A stretch of 41,624 nucleotides of DNA, from assembly GCF_006345805.1 (NCBI RefSeq), contig NW_021835288.1, forward strand, positions 1 to 41,624, written 5' to 3'. Under the pieces are notes generated by a model that had not been told where the DNA came from, made no database searches, and saw only the letters and a list, made by a program, of their open reading frames with translations. The translations under genes were made by a program, and so were the position numbers. The stretch is from Octopus sinensis. Lineage: Eukaryota. This document shows positions 1 to 10,644 of this stretch, piece after piece. Within the stretch, counting starts at the first letter, position 1, and every line of letters starts with the position of its first letter.

Positions 1-199
1 ATTTCTTAATTTTATCCATGTTATACAAAGACATTTCACTTAACTCTGGAATTTCAACCTTAAAAGTAGGCTGTAACATCCTTGGCACTTATGTGAACTT
101 TTGCTACCCTGGTAACTATTTATTTATATATTTATATATATAATGATCGCCCATCTTTGTCGAAGTTGAGCAGAGCATCACAGAGGAAGAAGAAGCTGG

Positions 200-440
200 A
201 TCACGGTACATCTAGTTGTAGCTGTCTAGGCCGATGCATGCTCGGAGGGTTCTGGTTTTCGGCTGGGAATGAAAGCAAGTAGTTGGCTCTGGATTTGTGC
301 AGCTCATGTTTTCTTTGTACTCCTGCGATCCTATTCTGATCGTAGGAGGTGATACCTTTGTTGGGGCAGCTATGCCAGACAGAACCCCATGTCTGGCATA
401 GCTGCCATTTTACATTCTCTCGAAGTTTATAGATTCTCAA
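200..440 (-). mobile_element. 3' end of a degenerate RTE-clade LINE ORF2
   Basis: Minus-strand translation KGITSYDQNRIAGVQRKHELHKSRA followed, after a frameshift, by RTLRACIGLDSYN. This matches the RTE C-terminus (..EAQRKRELRK..RTFRARIGL.SH). It is collinear with the RTE pieces at 1345-2945. Confidence 0.7.
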
Positions 441-445
441 GACAA

Positions 446-520
446 CAATATATATAAATATATTATATTTATATATATATATTATTTATTGCTAAACTGG
501 CATAATGACCATTCCTAAAT

Positions 521-585
<65 letters not shown>

Positions 586-586
586 T
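446..586. repeat. (TA)n microsatellite / AT-rich run
   Basis: Directly visible TA runs. Confidence 0.95.
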
Positions 587-598
587 GCTGGTGATTAT

Positions 599-643
599 CA
601 CACACTGAAGACGGGTAACTACTCAGAAACCCGGGCCTCTGTG
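599..643 (+). ncRNA. Degenerate minimal type I hammerhead-ribozyme-like motif (Penelope-like 3' end)
   Basis: cacaca-CTGAAGA-c-gggt(aact)actc-a-GAAAC-ccgg-gcc-tctgtg. Core boxes, a stem II and a palindromic stem III are present, with about 3 mismatches. Confidence 0.35.
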
Positions 644-813
644 TATCACATAGGCTAATCAGACGCAGTCAGTGTGTCGTTAGCCAGTTTGAGGAGATGT
701 CTTCCTGTGGCTAAAACCAATAGTAACATCGTCCTCTATGGGACCGCCGCATTTAGTTGGCAAATATATTTTACGATTCCGAACTATTACTGTTTACCTT
801 TTGCTCAGGGATA

Positions 814-919
<106 letters not shown>

Positions 920-1239
920 ATATATATATACACTTTTTCTCGCTGGATTAAGCGTTCGTTTCTCTTTTTGTCTTCTGCAATTTTATTTTTGGATCTTCTA
1001 TATATATGAAGAATTTTCTTCCGTCTGGCTGTTTTTCTCTCTATAAAACGGAAAGTTGCATAATTGAACTGTCATTTTAACGATATTATTTATCACCCGA
1101 CGAGATACGTCTGCACCACCGGATACTCCTGAACCAGTTCTTGTGTGTCCCACAAGAGGAGTCGATGCTGGATGTGTCGAAACAATTATTGTGATTAATA
1201 ATATATTCTCGTATATTCCATCTTCTGTCTTTCATTTGT

Positions 1240-1241
<2 letters not shown>

Positions 1242-1325
<84 letters not shown>

Positions 1326-1332
1326 ATGTATG
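1242..1332. repeat. (GT)n/(GTAT)n microsatellite
   Basis: Directly visible. Confidence 0.95.
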
Positions 1333-1344
1333 TACCGGGAGTTG

Positions 1345-1731
1345 ATCAGAATGCACTTCAGTGAGGCTTTACGTGTGTCCTTGAAGCGCTTTTCTGCCCC
1401 CCCCCCCCCTGTGTGCGCTTACCTTCTTACCTCCCGTTCGCAGTAAAACAATCTTTTTGTGTAGTCGTGTGTCAGGTATTCGAACAAGGTGGCTGCCCAT
1501 ATGACATGCACTCTCCTCAACGTAAATGCTTGGCAGATCAGCTTGAGAAAGGACCTCCGTGTCTGAGACCGTATCTTGCCAAGTGATCTTCAACAGCTTT
1601 CTCAAACAGCTCATGTGGAAACAGTTTAGCCGGTTACCGTGGCGGTCGTATACCGTTCAAGTCTTGCAGGAATACAGTAGTGTAGGTAGTACAACTGCCT
1701 GGTTCACCTTCAGCTTGGTAGCCAACCTAAT
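1345..1731 (-). mobile_element. RTE-clade LINE ORF2 remnant (post-RT region)
   Basis: Translation TKLKVNQAVVLPTLLYSCKT*TVYDRHGNRLNCFHMSCLRKLLKITWQDTVSDTEVLSQADLPSI matches the RTE/BovB-type region TKLKVYRAVVLPTLLYACETW..RLNHFHLSCLRKLL.I.WQD. Confidence 0.9.
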
Positions 1732-2101
1732 GGATGGAAGCACTCCGTCGGTTACGACGACGAGGGTTCCGGTTGATTCGAATCAACGGAACAGCCTGCT
1801 CGTGAAATTAACACGTAAGTGACTGAGCACTCTACAGACACGTGTACCCTTAACGTAGATCTCGGGGATATTCAGCGTGACACAGAGAGTGACAAGGCCG
1901 GCCCTTTCAAATACAGGTACAACAGAAACAGGAAGTAAGAGTAAGAGAAAGTTGTGGTAAAAGAGTACAGCAGGGATCACCTCGTGGAGCTTTTAGGTGT
2001 TTTTGCTCAATAAACACTCACAACGCCCGGTCTGGGAATCGAAACCGCGATCCTACGACCGCGAGTCCGCTGCCCTAACCACTGGGCCATTGCGCCTCCC
2101 C
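1732..2101 (-). mobile_element. Full-length tRNA-derived SINE (family B head, tail type 1) inserted in the RTE
   Basis: Head ggaggcgcaatggcccagtggttagg..gtttcgattccc carries A and B boxes. A perfect 12-bp TSD agccaacctaat lies at 1720-1731 and 2102-2113, and the RTE frame resumes across it. Confidence 0.92.
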
Positions 2102-2945
2102 AGCCAACCTAATACTTCTCTTCTCTCACACTGATTCAAGTAACCGCCCAAATGCTGAGCTTCCCTTTGCGATGCATATGCCGACTTCATAGTCATTGTT
2201 CACAGATCTGGAGAGTGTGCTGCCAAGGGTACATGAACTTCGGAGTTTTCCCTTCGACTGATAGTAGGTTCCACATACGGCTTTTGTGGGAAAAGTTGGT
2301 TCGTGACTTTTCTCTTCTGAGTAGTCTCCGCGGGTTGAAAAGTCTGCCATCAGCCCTGAATCTAATCTTGATGCTGGTTTCATCAATGTTCTGGAAAGTA
2401 TCCGTCAGCATGGCCGAGAATATCATGCTGAGCAGCGTAGGTACGACTACACAGCCCTGCTTGATTCCGTTAGTGACTGTGAATGCATCGGAAAAACCTC
2501 CATTGTCCTGCACCCAAGCGAGTATGTCGTCGTGAAACTGACGCACTATGCTGGTGAATTTGTCTGGGCAGCCGAACTTCCCTATGATCTTCCAAAGCAC
2601 CTCGCGACTGACGGTGTCAAAGGCCTTGGTTAAGTCTACAAACATCGTGTATAGGTCAGTGTTTTGTTTCTGATACTCCTCCTTGAGTCGGCGTTCTGCA
2701 AAAAATCATGTCGACTGTCCAATGGCCTTCTCTGAAGCCACACCGACTCTCTAGTCAATGCCCGCCTTTTCATGTGCTGTGTGAGACGATAAAGGAGGAC
2801 TTTTGCGAGCATCTTGCTAGCAATGTCAAGAAGATAAATTCCTCGGTAGTTGTCACGGGACTACCTGCTTCTCTTTCACTTGTAGATTTGGACAACAGAA
2901 ACATCCTTGAATTTCTGAGAAACAATTTCCTGTTGCTACATGGTC
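2102..2945 (-). pseudogene. RTE-clade reverse transcriptase pseudogene
   Basis: NYRGIYLLDIASKMLAKV..CGFR..TVDMIF..FVDLTKAFDTVSREVLWKIIGKFGCPDKF..FTVTNGIKQGCVVVPTLLS..YLGSTLSR..RIAKGSSAFGRL. Frameshifted, and the FADD segment is missing. Confidence 0.93.
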
Positions 2946-2959
2946 TGAAAGAGGTTGGT

Positions 2960-3075
2960 GAGTTTTTGAGTTTGAGACTGTCTCACTGCGTGGCACCTTG
3001 GGCAAATGTGTTCTATAGTCTGGGGCTGACCAAAGCCTTGTGAGTGGATTTGGGGTATTTTTTCTGTTTGATTTC
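2960..3075 (+). mobile_element. SINE family C fragment
   Basis: cactgcgtggcaccttgggcaaatgtgttc..gaccaaagccttgtgagtggatttgg matches the copies at 8865 and 27319. Confidence 0.8.
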
Positions 3076-3298
3076 ACTTTTTGAAATTTTAAAATTAAGT
3101 GAGAATTTTCAAATTTGGTATATTGATGAAAGTTTACACGTTGAATTCGTTATTGTTATTCACTTGCTTCAAAAAGATTTGAGGAAAATGTTACATAGGT
3201 ATTAGTTTAGTAACTTTTGTTCAATCAGAAATAAGGATTTGGAAATTGGCATTTTGTTCGTGATGACAACATTACGACAGCTGACAACAACATAATAT

Positions 3299-3717
3299 TC
3301 TTTTCTTTTCTACTCTAGGCACAGGTCCTGAAATTTTGGGGTAGAGGGGTCAGTCGATTAAATCGACCACAGTACGCAACTGGTACTTAATTTCTCGATT
3401 CCGAAAGGATGAAAGGCAAAGTCGACCTCGGCGGAATTTGAAATCAGAACGTAAAGACAGAGAAATACCGCTAAACATTTTGCCCGGTGTGCTAACGTTT
3501 CTTATTTCTTTATTGCCCACAAGGGGCTAAACATAGAGGGGACAAACAAGGACAGACAAATGGATTAAGTCGATTACATCGACCCCAGTACGTAACTGGT
3601 ACTTAATTTATCGACCCCGAAAGGATGAAAGGCAAAGACGACCTCGGCGGAATTTGAACTCAGAACGTAAAGATAGACGAAATACCACTAAGCTAACGTT
3701 TCTGCCAGCTCGCCGCT
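3299..3717 (-). mobile_element. SINE family A head plus two tandem bodies (dimer)
   Basis: Head gcggcgagctggcagaaacgttagc, B box gagttcaaattcc, and two copies of the body ggtcgactttgcctttcatcctttcggggtcga with two different tails. Confidence 0.88.
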
Positions 3718-3912
3718 TTGACTGCGGATAATACTACGACGACAAAACATTCAACGACGGAAGTTTTAATATGTTTTAATGAATAAAGTCATGTGAAATG
3801 TTGGAACAAGTATTACGAAAAAGCAAAGAATTTATATATATATATATATACGGACTGGTCGGTCAATTTGATCAAGATGATATATATATCACCTTGATAT
3901 ATATATCACCTT

Positions 3913-4400
3913 TATCACCTTGACCGACCAGTCCGTCGAGCGCCCATTTCACACCGCTGGTCACAGCACGCTGTCCACTCTTCTCTGGATCGCGCCTTCC
4001 TCATCCACGTGATCCCAATCGCCCTCCTGAAATCGTAACTCCACCGTCCTGGAGGCCTTCCGAGTGGTCATTTCCGCTCGCGCGGGTACCACTCGACAAC
4101 TGCGTGGGTCCACCGATTATCGGTGATCCGAGCGACGTGTGCAGCCCATCTAAACTTGTTGCGTGTATATTCTACGATGACATCCCTCACGCCAGACTTC
4201 TTTCTGATGATCTCGCTACTGATGTGCATTCTCAACGAGGATTCCAAGCATTGACCTCTCCATGGCTCTTTGAGCCGTTACCAATCTCTGCTCTTCTCTC
4301 TTTGTGGTAGCCCATGATTCACTGCCATATAACATTGCAGGTAGAACTGTGCTATCGATGAGGTTGGCATGGGTGGTCCTGTCCAACCCTCCCTTGAGCA
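3913..4400 (-). mobile_element. 3' end of a second RTE-type LINE family, with terminal (AAGGTGAT..) repeats
   Basis: STVLPAMLYGSESWATTKREEQRLVTAQRAMERSMLGI..IRKKSGVRDVI..KFRWAAHVARITDNRWTHAVVEWYPRERK..GRPPGRW. Short 3' tail repeats follow. Confidence 0.88.
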
Positions 4401-4406
4401 CACGCG

Positions 4407-4626
4407 CACACACACACACAACGCACGCGCCACACACACACACACACACACCTCACACACACACACACACAGACACACACACACACACCACTCACACACA
4501 CACACAGACAGACACACACAGACACATACACATACACACTCACACACACAGACACAGACACACACACACACACACCACACGACACACACACACAGACACA
4601 CACACGCACACACACACACACGACCG

Positions 4627-4673
<47 letters not shown>
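4407..4673. repeat. Compound (CA)n/(CAGA)/(TA)n microsatellite
   Basis: Directly visible. Confidence 0.95.
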
Positions 4674-4679
<6 letters not shown>

Positions 4680-4749
4680 GGTATATTTAAACACAAGAGA
4701 AACTACCTTTAACAGGTAGTTTTACACGCTAGAAGAAGCAGTCAAAACC

Positions 4750-4783
<34 letters not shown>

Positions 4784-5134
4784 GAGAACGTTAAATTATA
4801 TAAAAAAACAAAAAAAACAAACAGTAATTCAGTTCATGTAACTCAGTAATTCCTATCAGTGGTGCCTGGAAAAATTGTAGTGGGGTACGGGTTCCAAATT
4901 TTTCTTCTTTATATTTTTAGTAGGACATGAAATTGTGGAAATCTTCTTTTTTTTTTGTTAAGTCAATCATGTACTTTTTTTGCAGTACTTCACAAAGATG
5001 TTACCAGTAGATTTTCTTGTATTAAATAATTTTTTTTTTCCAAACACCGGTGGGGGTGTACATTTTTCTGGAAAGTTATAGTGGGGCCTGGGGGAGAAAT
5101 AGGTTCGGAAACACTGTTGTGAATTATACATATT

Positions 5135-5533
5135 CTTTTCTACTCTAGGCACAAGGCCTGAAATTTTGGGGGCGGGGGCCAGTCGATTAGATCGACCACA
5201 GTACGTAACTGGTACTTAATTTATCGCCCCCGAAAGGATGACAGGCAAAGTCGACCTAGGCGGAATTTGAACTCAGAAGGTAAAGACAGACGAAATACCT
5301 ATTTCTTTACTGCCCACAAGAGGCTACACACATAGGGGACAAACAAGGACATACAAACGAATTAAGTCGATTATATCGATCCCAGTGATTAACTGGTACT
5401 TATTTAATCGACACCGAAAGGATGAAAGGCAAAGTCGACCTCGGTGGAATTTGAACTCAGAATGTAACGGCAGACAAAACACCGCTCAGTATTTCGCCCG
5501 GCGTGCTAACGTTTCTACCAGCTCGCCGCCTTA
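5135..5533 (-). mobile_element. SINE family A dimer with a single TSD
   Basis: Head plus two bodies. 15-bp TSD tgaattatacatatt (5120-5134) / tgaataatacatatt (5534-5548). Confidence 0.9.
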
Positions 5534-5614
5534 TGAATAATACATATTTTGTAGCGAGAAAGTCAGATTACGAAAAGGAAAAAACGAAAAGAAAACGAAA
5601 AAAAAAAACTAGAC

Positions 5615-5799
5615 CATTGCTCCGTAACCAGTATGCGGCGGTACACTGGTGTTCCACGAGATGATGCTAGCTGTGCCGCGATGTAACTTGAATATCATCT
5701 CTTCCCTATACTTTTAGTTATGTTTTCAGTTCAGGTGTGTTACTAAATTTAAAAATAAATATAAGTGTACTTCAAGTGGGAAAAGATTGCGGGGCACTG
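5615..5799. mobile_element. Non-autonomous hAT (Charlie-like) MITE
   Basis: Imperfect TIRs cattgctccgtaacc and (reverse complement) cagtgccccgcaatc. The 8-bp flanks aactagac / ggttagac resemble the NTCTAGAN target preference. Confidence 0.5.
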
Positions 5800-5866
5800 G
5801 GTTAGACAACAACAGACGAGTAAAATCACGATAACAACGTAAACTACAGGTGGCGGGACCACAAGC

Positions 5867-6294
5867 GGATTAGACCACTAGAGGATCAGACAACTAGAGG
5901 ATTAGACCACTAGAGGATTAGACCACTAGAGGATCAGACCACTAGAGGATCAGACAACTAGAGGATCAGACCACTAGAGGATCAGACCACTAGAGGATTA
6001 GACCACTAGAGGATCAGACCACTAGAAGATCAGACAACTAGAGGATCAGACCACAAGAGGATCAGACCACTAGAGGATTAGACCACTAGAGGATCAGACA
6101 ACTAGAGGATTAGACCACTAGAGGATCAGACCACAAGAGGATCAGACCACTAGAGGATCAGACAACTAGAGGATTAGACCACTAGTGGATTAGACCACTA
6201 GAGGATCAGACCACTAGAGGATCAGACAACTAGAGGATCAGACCACTAGAGGATCAGACCACTAGAGGATTAGACCACTAGAGGATCAGACCAC
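5867..6294. repeat. 16-bp minisatellite, about 27 units (ggat[c/t]agac[c/a]actaga)
   Basis: Directly visible 16-nt period with a few recurring variants. Confidence 0.97.
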
Positions 6295-6419
6295 CGGAGC
6301 CTCGTGGAACTTTTAGGTGTTTTCGCTCAATAAACACTCACAACGCCCGGTCTGGGAATCGAAACCGCGATCCTACGACCGCGAGTCCGCTGCCCTAACC
6401 ACTGGGCCATTGCGCCTCC
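6295..6419 (-). mobile_element. SINE family B 5' head (truncated)
   Basis: Near-identical to 1980-2099. The body stops where the minisatellite begins. Confidence 0.92.
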
Positions 6420-6867
6420 ACTCATATCACCAACAGAAAGTAAACTTAAAACCGCTTCAACTCGATGTGCATTACTTATACCACCACCAACAGAAAATAA
6501 ACCCACTGAAGTCCATACCGCTCCAGCTGAAACTCCTTTACCATTGGACTAGAAAACCACTAAATCCACAACTCGGGATAAACCAGCTACATCACTAACG
6601 AAAAATATATATACTAATGCCACCGCGACCCGAATTAAATCAGTGAGCAAACAAACACAACAGCTTGAGTTGTTACTATGGAAACAGGCACCTGGCTTTT
6701 CGATTGCCTAAAATTACCCGAAATTTGCAACCTTTAAAAGCTAATAACTTAATTTATGGTAATTAATGAATTTCATTTCCATAATTAGAATACAAACTAC
6801 ATCAATACACCAAATTGGAAAACAATTGAAGGAATTGAAAAAGCCAAACAGAAAAAGATCCGGGTTT

Positions 6868-6897
6868 TGGTAGACGGAAATCGAAAGGAGACCGTCA

Positions 6898-6952
<55 letters not shown>

Positions 6953-7182
6953 TGTATGTGTGTGTATTTGTTTGTTCCCCACCACCGATTGACAACTGGT
7001 GTTGACGTGTTTACGTCTCCGTAACTTAGCGGTTCGGCAAAAAGATCCGATAGAGTAAATATCCCCGCAGTACCAAAAGTAATAAGTACTGAGATCCATA
7101 AGTTCGACTAAAGTTCTTCAAATTGATGCCACAGCATGGCTGTAGTATAATGTCTGAAACAAGTAAAGGATAAAAGATAAAA
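6868..7182 (+). mobile_element. SINE family C 3' half with internal (GT)n
   Basis: tggtagacggaaa..(GT)n..gtaacttagcggttcggcaaaa..cagcatggctgtag..tgaaacaagtaaa. Confidence 0.8.
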
Positions 7183-7589
7183 AATTTGTACGTATCGATA
7201 TCAGCAAAATAATCACATGCTTAGGGCATCAAGGGAAGGTGGAAGGCCGCCACAAAAATGGTTAATGGTTTACGGCACAAAAGAAATCACTATCAACTTG
7301 CTAAAATAATACTCAAAATGGTCTATATGATTGGAAATATAAGTTCGAAGTGTTCATGGTGTCATGATGAAGATCTGATGAAAGACTTTGCAATTTAAAG
7401 AAAGAAGAAAACTTTTCAAATATAAATAAAGTGGAAGTATACAAAAATAAGCATTTTTTTCCCATCTTTCTTTTAGTGAGTTTCATTTTGAAGATATATT
7501 TCATTTTCTTAATTTATTTTATGGTTCATATTTTGAATTATATATAGATGGTGGAGGAGGCACCTAAGTTATATATATATATATAATTA

Positions 7590-7765
7590 GGCGCAGGAGG
7601 GACTGTGTGATAAGTAGCATGCTTACCAACCACACGGTTCCGGGTTCAGTCCCACTGCGTGGCATCTTGGGCAAGCGTCTTCAACTATAACCTCGGGCCG
7701 ACCAAAACCTTGTGAGCGGATTTGGTAGACAGAAACTGAAAGAAGCCTGTTGTACATATGTGTGT

Positions 7766-7804
<39 letters not shown>

Positions 7805-8027
7805 GCGTGCGTGTGTGAATGTTTGTGTGTCTATGTTTGTCCCCCCAACACTGCTTGACAACTGATGGTGGTGTGTTTACGTCCGCGTAACTTTGTGGTT
7901 TGGCAAAAATGTACGATAGAATAAGTACAAGGCTTACAAAAATAAGTCCTGGGTCGATTTGGTCGACTAAAGGCAGTGCTCCAGCATGGCCAAAGTCAAA
8001 TGACTGATAATGTAAAAGAGTAAAGAG
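7590..8027 (+). mobile_element. Full-length SINE family C (tRNA head, CORE-like domain, internal microsatellite)
   Basis: ggcgcaggaggg..ccgggttcagtccc..ggcatcttgggcaag..agtcaaatgactga..taaaagagtaaagag. Confidence 0.9.
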
Positions 8028-8029
<2 letters not shown>

Positions 8030-8091
<62 letters not shown>

Positions 8092-8105
8092 ATATAATAT
8101 ATATA
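8030..8105. repeat. (TA)n microsatellite
   Basis: Directly visible. Confidence 0.95.
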
Positions 8106-8269
8106 AACAGTTTATCCATGGCTCTTAAGGAGCGTCCTCGTCGGATGGCTTTGCTGCGCCTCTGTTTTGTTTTGTTCTGACAACGTAATTCCTATATTAT
8201 ATATATATATATATATATAGATATATATATATTTGAAACATTGGCACAAAGGAATATCTGGACATCCTG

Positions 8270-8747
8270 GAGAACACTCTGTTACCTTGGATGGAGTAGA
8301 AGTTTGAGCTTGACAACGTGGTGCTTATCCAAGATTCTGCACCATTTCATGGGATTAAAAGCAACACAGGCCTTCCTTGTAAGAAGGTGCCATTTTTTCG
8401 TGAGGGCCAACATCCGGCCCAAAAATAACCCAGATCTCAAATTTCTCGATTATTTTTTATGGGGCGACTCCAAGCAAGGACCAATACTTCATCACACTGA
8501 AATGCCAACGGTTTGAAGACCATCTCGTGCGTGCGTGCGACATGCAAAATCAAAAAGACGGAGGTTGCGGCAGCTGAAAAATCTTCTGTTCTCGTGTTGA
8601 GACAGTAATTGCTCAAAAGGGGGCAATAAATGCTTTTGCTGTAATAAATGTTACATTAAAATCATATCAGTCTACTACCATTATTTTAGTATTTATAACC
8701 TGTTTTACGCATCGTAAAAATTGTCTCAATTTATCTGCAAGTCCCTG
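8270..8747 (+). mobile_element. Tc1/mariner-superfamily transposase C-terminal remnant with right TIR
   Basis: IQDSAPFH..RPKNNPDLKFLDYFLWG..SRVETVIAQKG corresponds to the QQD.AP.H..WPPNSPDLNPLDY..WG catalytic region. The end ..ttatctgcaagtccctg is a CAGGG-type TIR. Confidence 0.75.
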
Positions 8748-8804
8748 TGTGCGTGCGTGCGTGTGTGTGTGTATGTGTGTGTGTGTGTGTGTGTATGTGT
8801 GTGT

Positions 8805-8838
<34 letters not shown>
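8748..8838. repeat. (GT)n microsatellite
   Basis: Directly visible. Confidence 0.95.
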
Positions 8839-8842
<4 letters not shown>

Positions 8843-8864
8843 ATTTTTACAAGGAAAAGATATA

Positions 8865-9274
8865 GGCGCAGGAGTGGCTGTGTGGTAAGTAGCTTGCTAA
8901 CCAACCACATGGTTCCGGGTTCAGTCCCACTGAGTGGCATCTTGGGCAAGTGTCTTCTGCTATAGCCCCGGGCCGACCAATGCCTTGTGAGTGGATTTGG
9001 TAGACGGAAACTGAAAGAAGCCCGTCGTATATATGTATACATATGTATGTGCGTGTATGTTTGTGTGACTGTGTTTGTCCCCCTAGCATTGCTTGACAAC
9101 CGATGCTGGTGTGTTTACGTCCCCGTCACTTAGCGGTTCGGCAAAAGAGACCGATAGAATAAGTACTAGGCTTACAAAGAACAAGTCCCGGGGTCGATTT
9201 GTTCGACTAAAGGCGGTGCTCCAGCATGGCCGCAGTCAAATGACTGAAACAAGTAAAAGAGTAAAAGAGTAAAA
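8865..9274 (+). mobile_element. Full-length SINE family C
   Basis: Best-preserved copy, running from head ggcgcaggagtggctgtgtggtaag to tail (gtaaaaga)n. Confidence 0.93.
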
Positions 9275-9283
9275 CAGCTACTT

Positions 9284-9440
9284 CAACGTTTCGGCTTATC
9301 ATCACAATGTCCGATGAAGGCGCGCAAACCGAAACTTCGAAATCGCAGTTAACCTTTTCCTTATTAAAATCGATAAACATATACTCAGCTAAAAAGTATT
9401 GAGTGCTCCTTTGGGTTAATGTTGAATTGTTTTTCTTTTA
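9284..9440 (+). mobile_element. Penelope-like 3' fragment with decayed hammerhead-like motifs
   Basis: ccGATGA-aggcgcgcaaacc-GAAAC-ttcgaa-atc-gcagtt on the plus strand and tGATGA..ccGAAACGTTg on the minus strand. Confidence 0.35.
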
Positions 9441-9486
9441 TTTATAACTTGATTTAAAAACTAATGTTTATACAAACACATCTATG

Positions 9487-9959
9487 TACACACACACACA
9501 CACGCACACAGACACACACACACTCCACACCCACACATCACACACACACACACACACTCACTCACACACAACACACACACACACACTCACCAACAACACA
9601 CACTCACTCACACACACTCCACACACAACTCACACACACACACACACTCACACACACTCACCACACACACACACTCACTCACACACACACACCTCCACAC
9701 ACACACACTCACTCACATCACACCACACACTCCATACACTCCCACACTCACTCACACCACTCACACACACACACACACACTCACACACACACACTCACTC
9801 ACACACACAACACACTCACTCACACACACTCACCTCACACCACACACACCACTCACACCACACTCACACACACTCACACACTCACTTACACACACTCACA
9901 CACACTCACACACACTCACACCCCACACACACTCACACTCACTCACACCACACACACAC
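9487..9959. repeat. Interrupted (CA)n/(CACT) microsatellite
   Basis: Directly visible. Confidence 0.95.
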
Positions 9960-10644
9960 TTCTTTTTTCGGCACGGAATGATTTGGTAGAGATTTGGTTG
10001 TTCTTTCTAGCATGTTAATCGACCAACTTAAAGGACCACCTTATTAACACCAGAATTATTTCAGTAGATAAGCATTACGGAAGTTTAAAAAAAAATAAAA
10101 ATAAATTAAAAAAGAAGAACAGAAATGAAAAGCGAGAAATGTTTAATGAATTTTTTTCAATTAATCATTTTCACATAATTTTGTGGTTTGTACTTTCCCT
10201 CTTATAAAGATACGTAAATTTTATTTCCTTAAAACATTTTAATGTGAGAGACTTCGTTGTTTGAAAAGACATCTGGTAAATTTTACAGGACACATCTGAT
10301 AGTTGGGTGCATTTCCGGTGAACTTATGATATAACAAATCTTGTAGTTATGAGCATATCCGGTTAATTTATGTCATGATTGATTTGACTGTTGTCAGCAT
10401 ATCCGGTTAAATTTATGATGTGATCCTTCTCATAGTTGTAAGTATATGTAGCCTGTTGGTTTACGGTGTGACAAACGTGGTGGGTATTGGTTTATTGCTT
10501 TAGCTCCGGACGGGATCCATCGCTCGGTTTAACACCACAAGTACCACCTAATGATTGTTTATAAGAAAGTTATTCACCGACCGGGTTTCCGATCGGAAGA
10601 CAAACGCTTTACTTGTCTCCCACAAATCTCGGAAGCTCTGATCT

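Noticed and set aside
1148-1193. Additional hammerhead-like motif (cacaagagg..cGAAACaattattgtg)
   Set aside because: The CUGANGA box is missing and stem II does not pair, so it is too degenerate to call.
4857-5116. hAT MITE with CAGTG..CACTG ends
   Set aside because: The right end looks hAT-like, but the left end matches only 5 bp and no 8-bp TSD is visible.
5867-6294. CRISPR-like or iteron-like array
   Set aside because: The units are contiguous with no unique spacers, the context is eukaryotic, and there are no cas genes.
10500-10640. CpG-rich stretch as a promoter or exon
   Set aside because: It is short, with no recognisable motif or protein similarity; the 202-aa ORF covering it is mostly the GA-rich tract.
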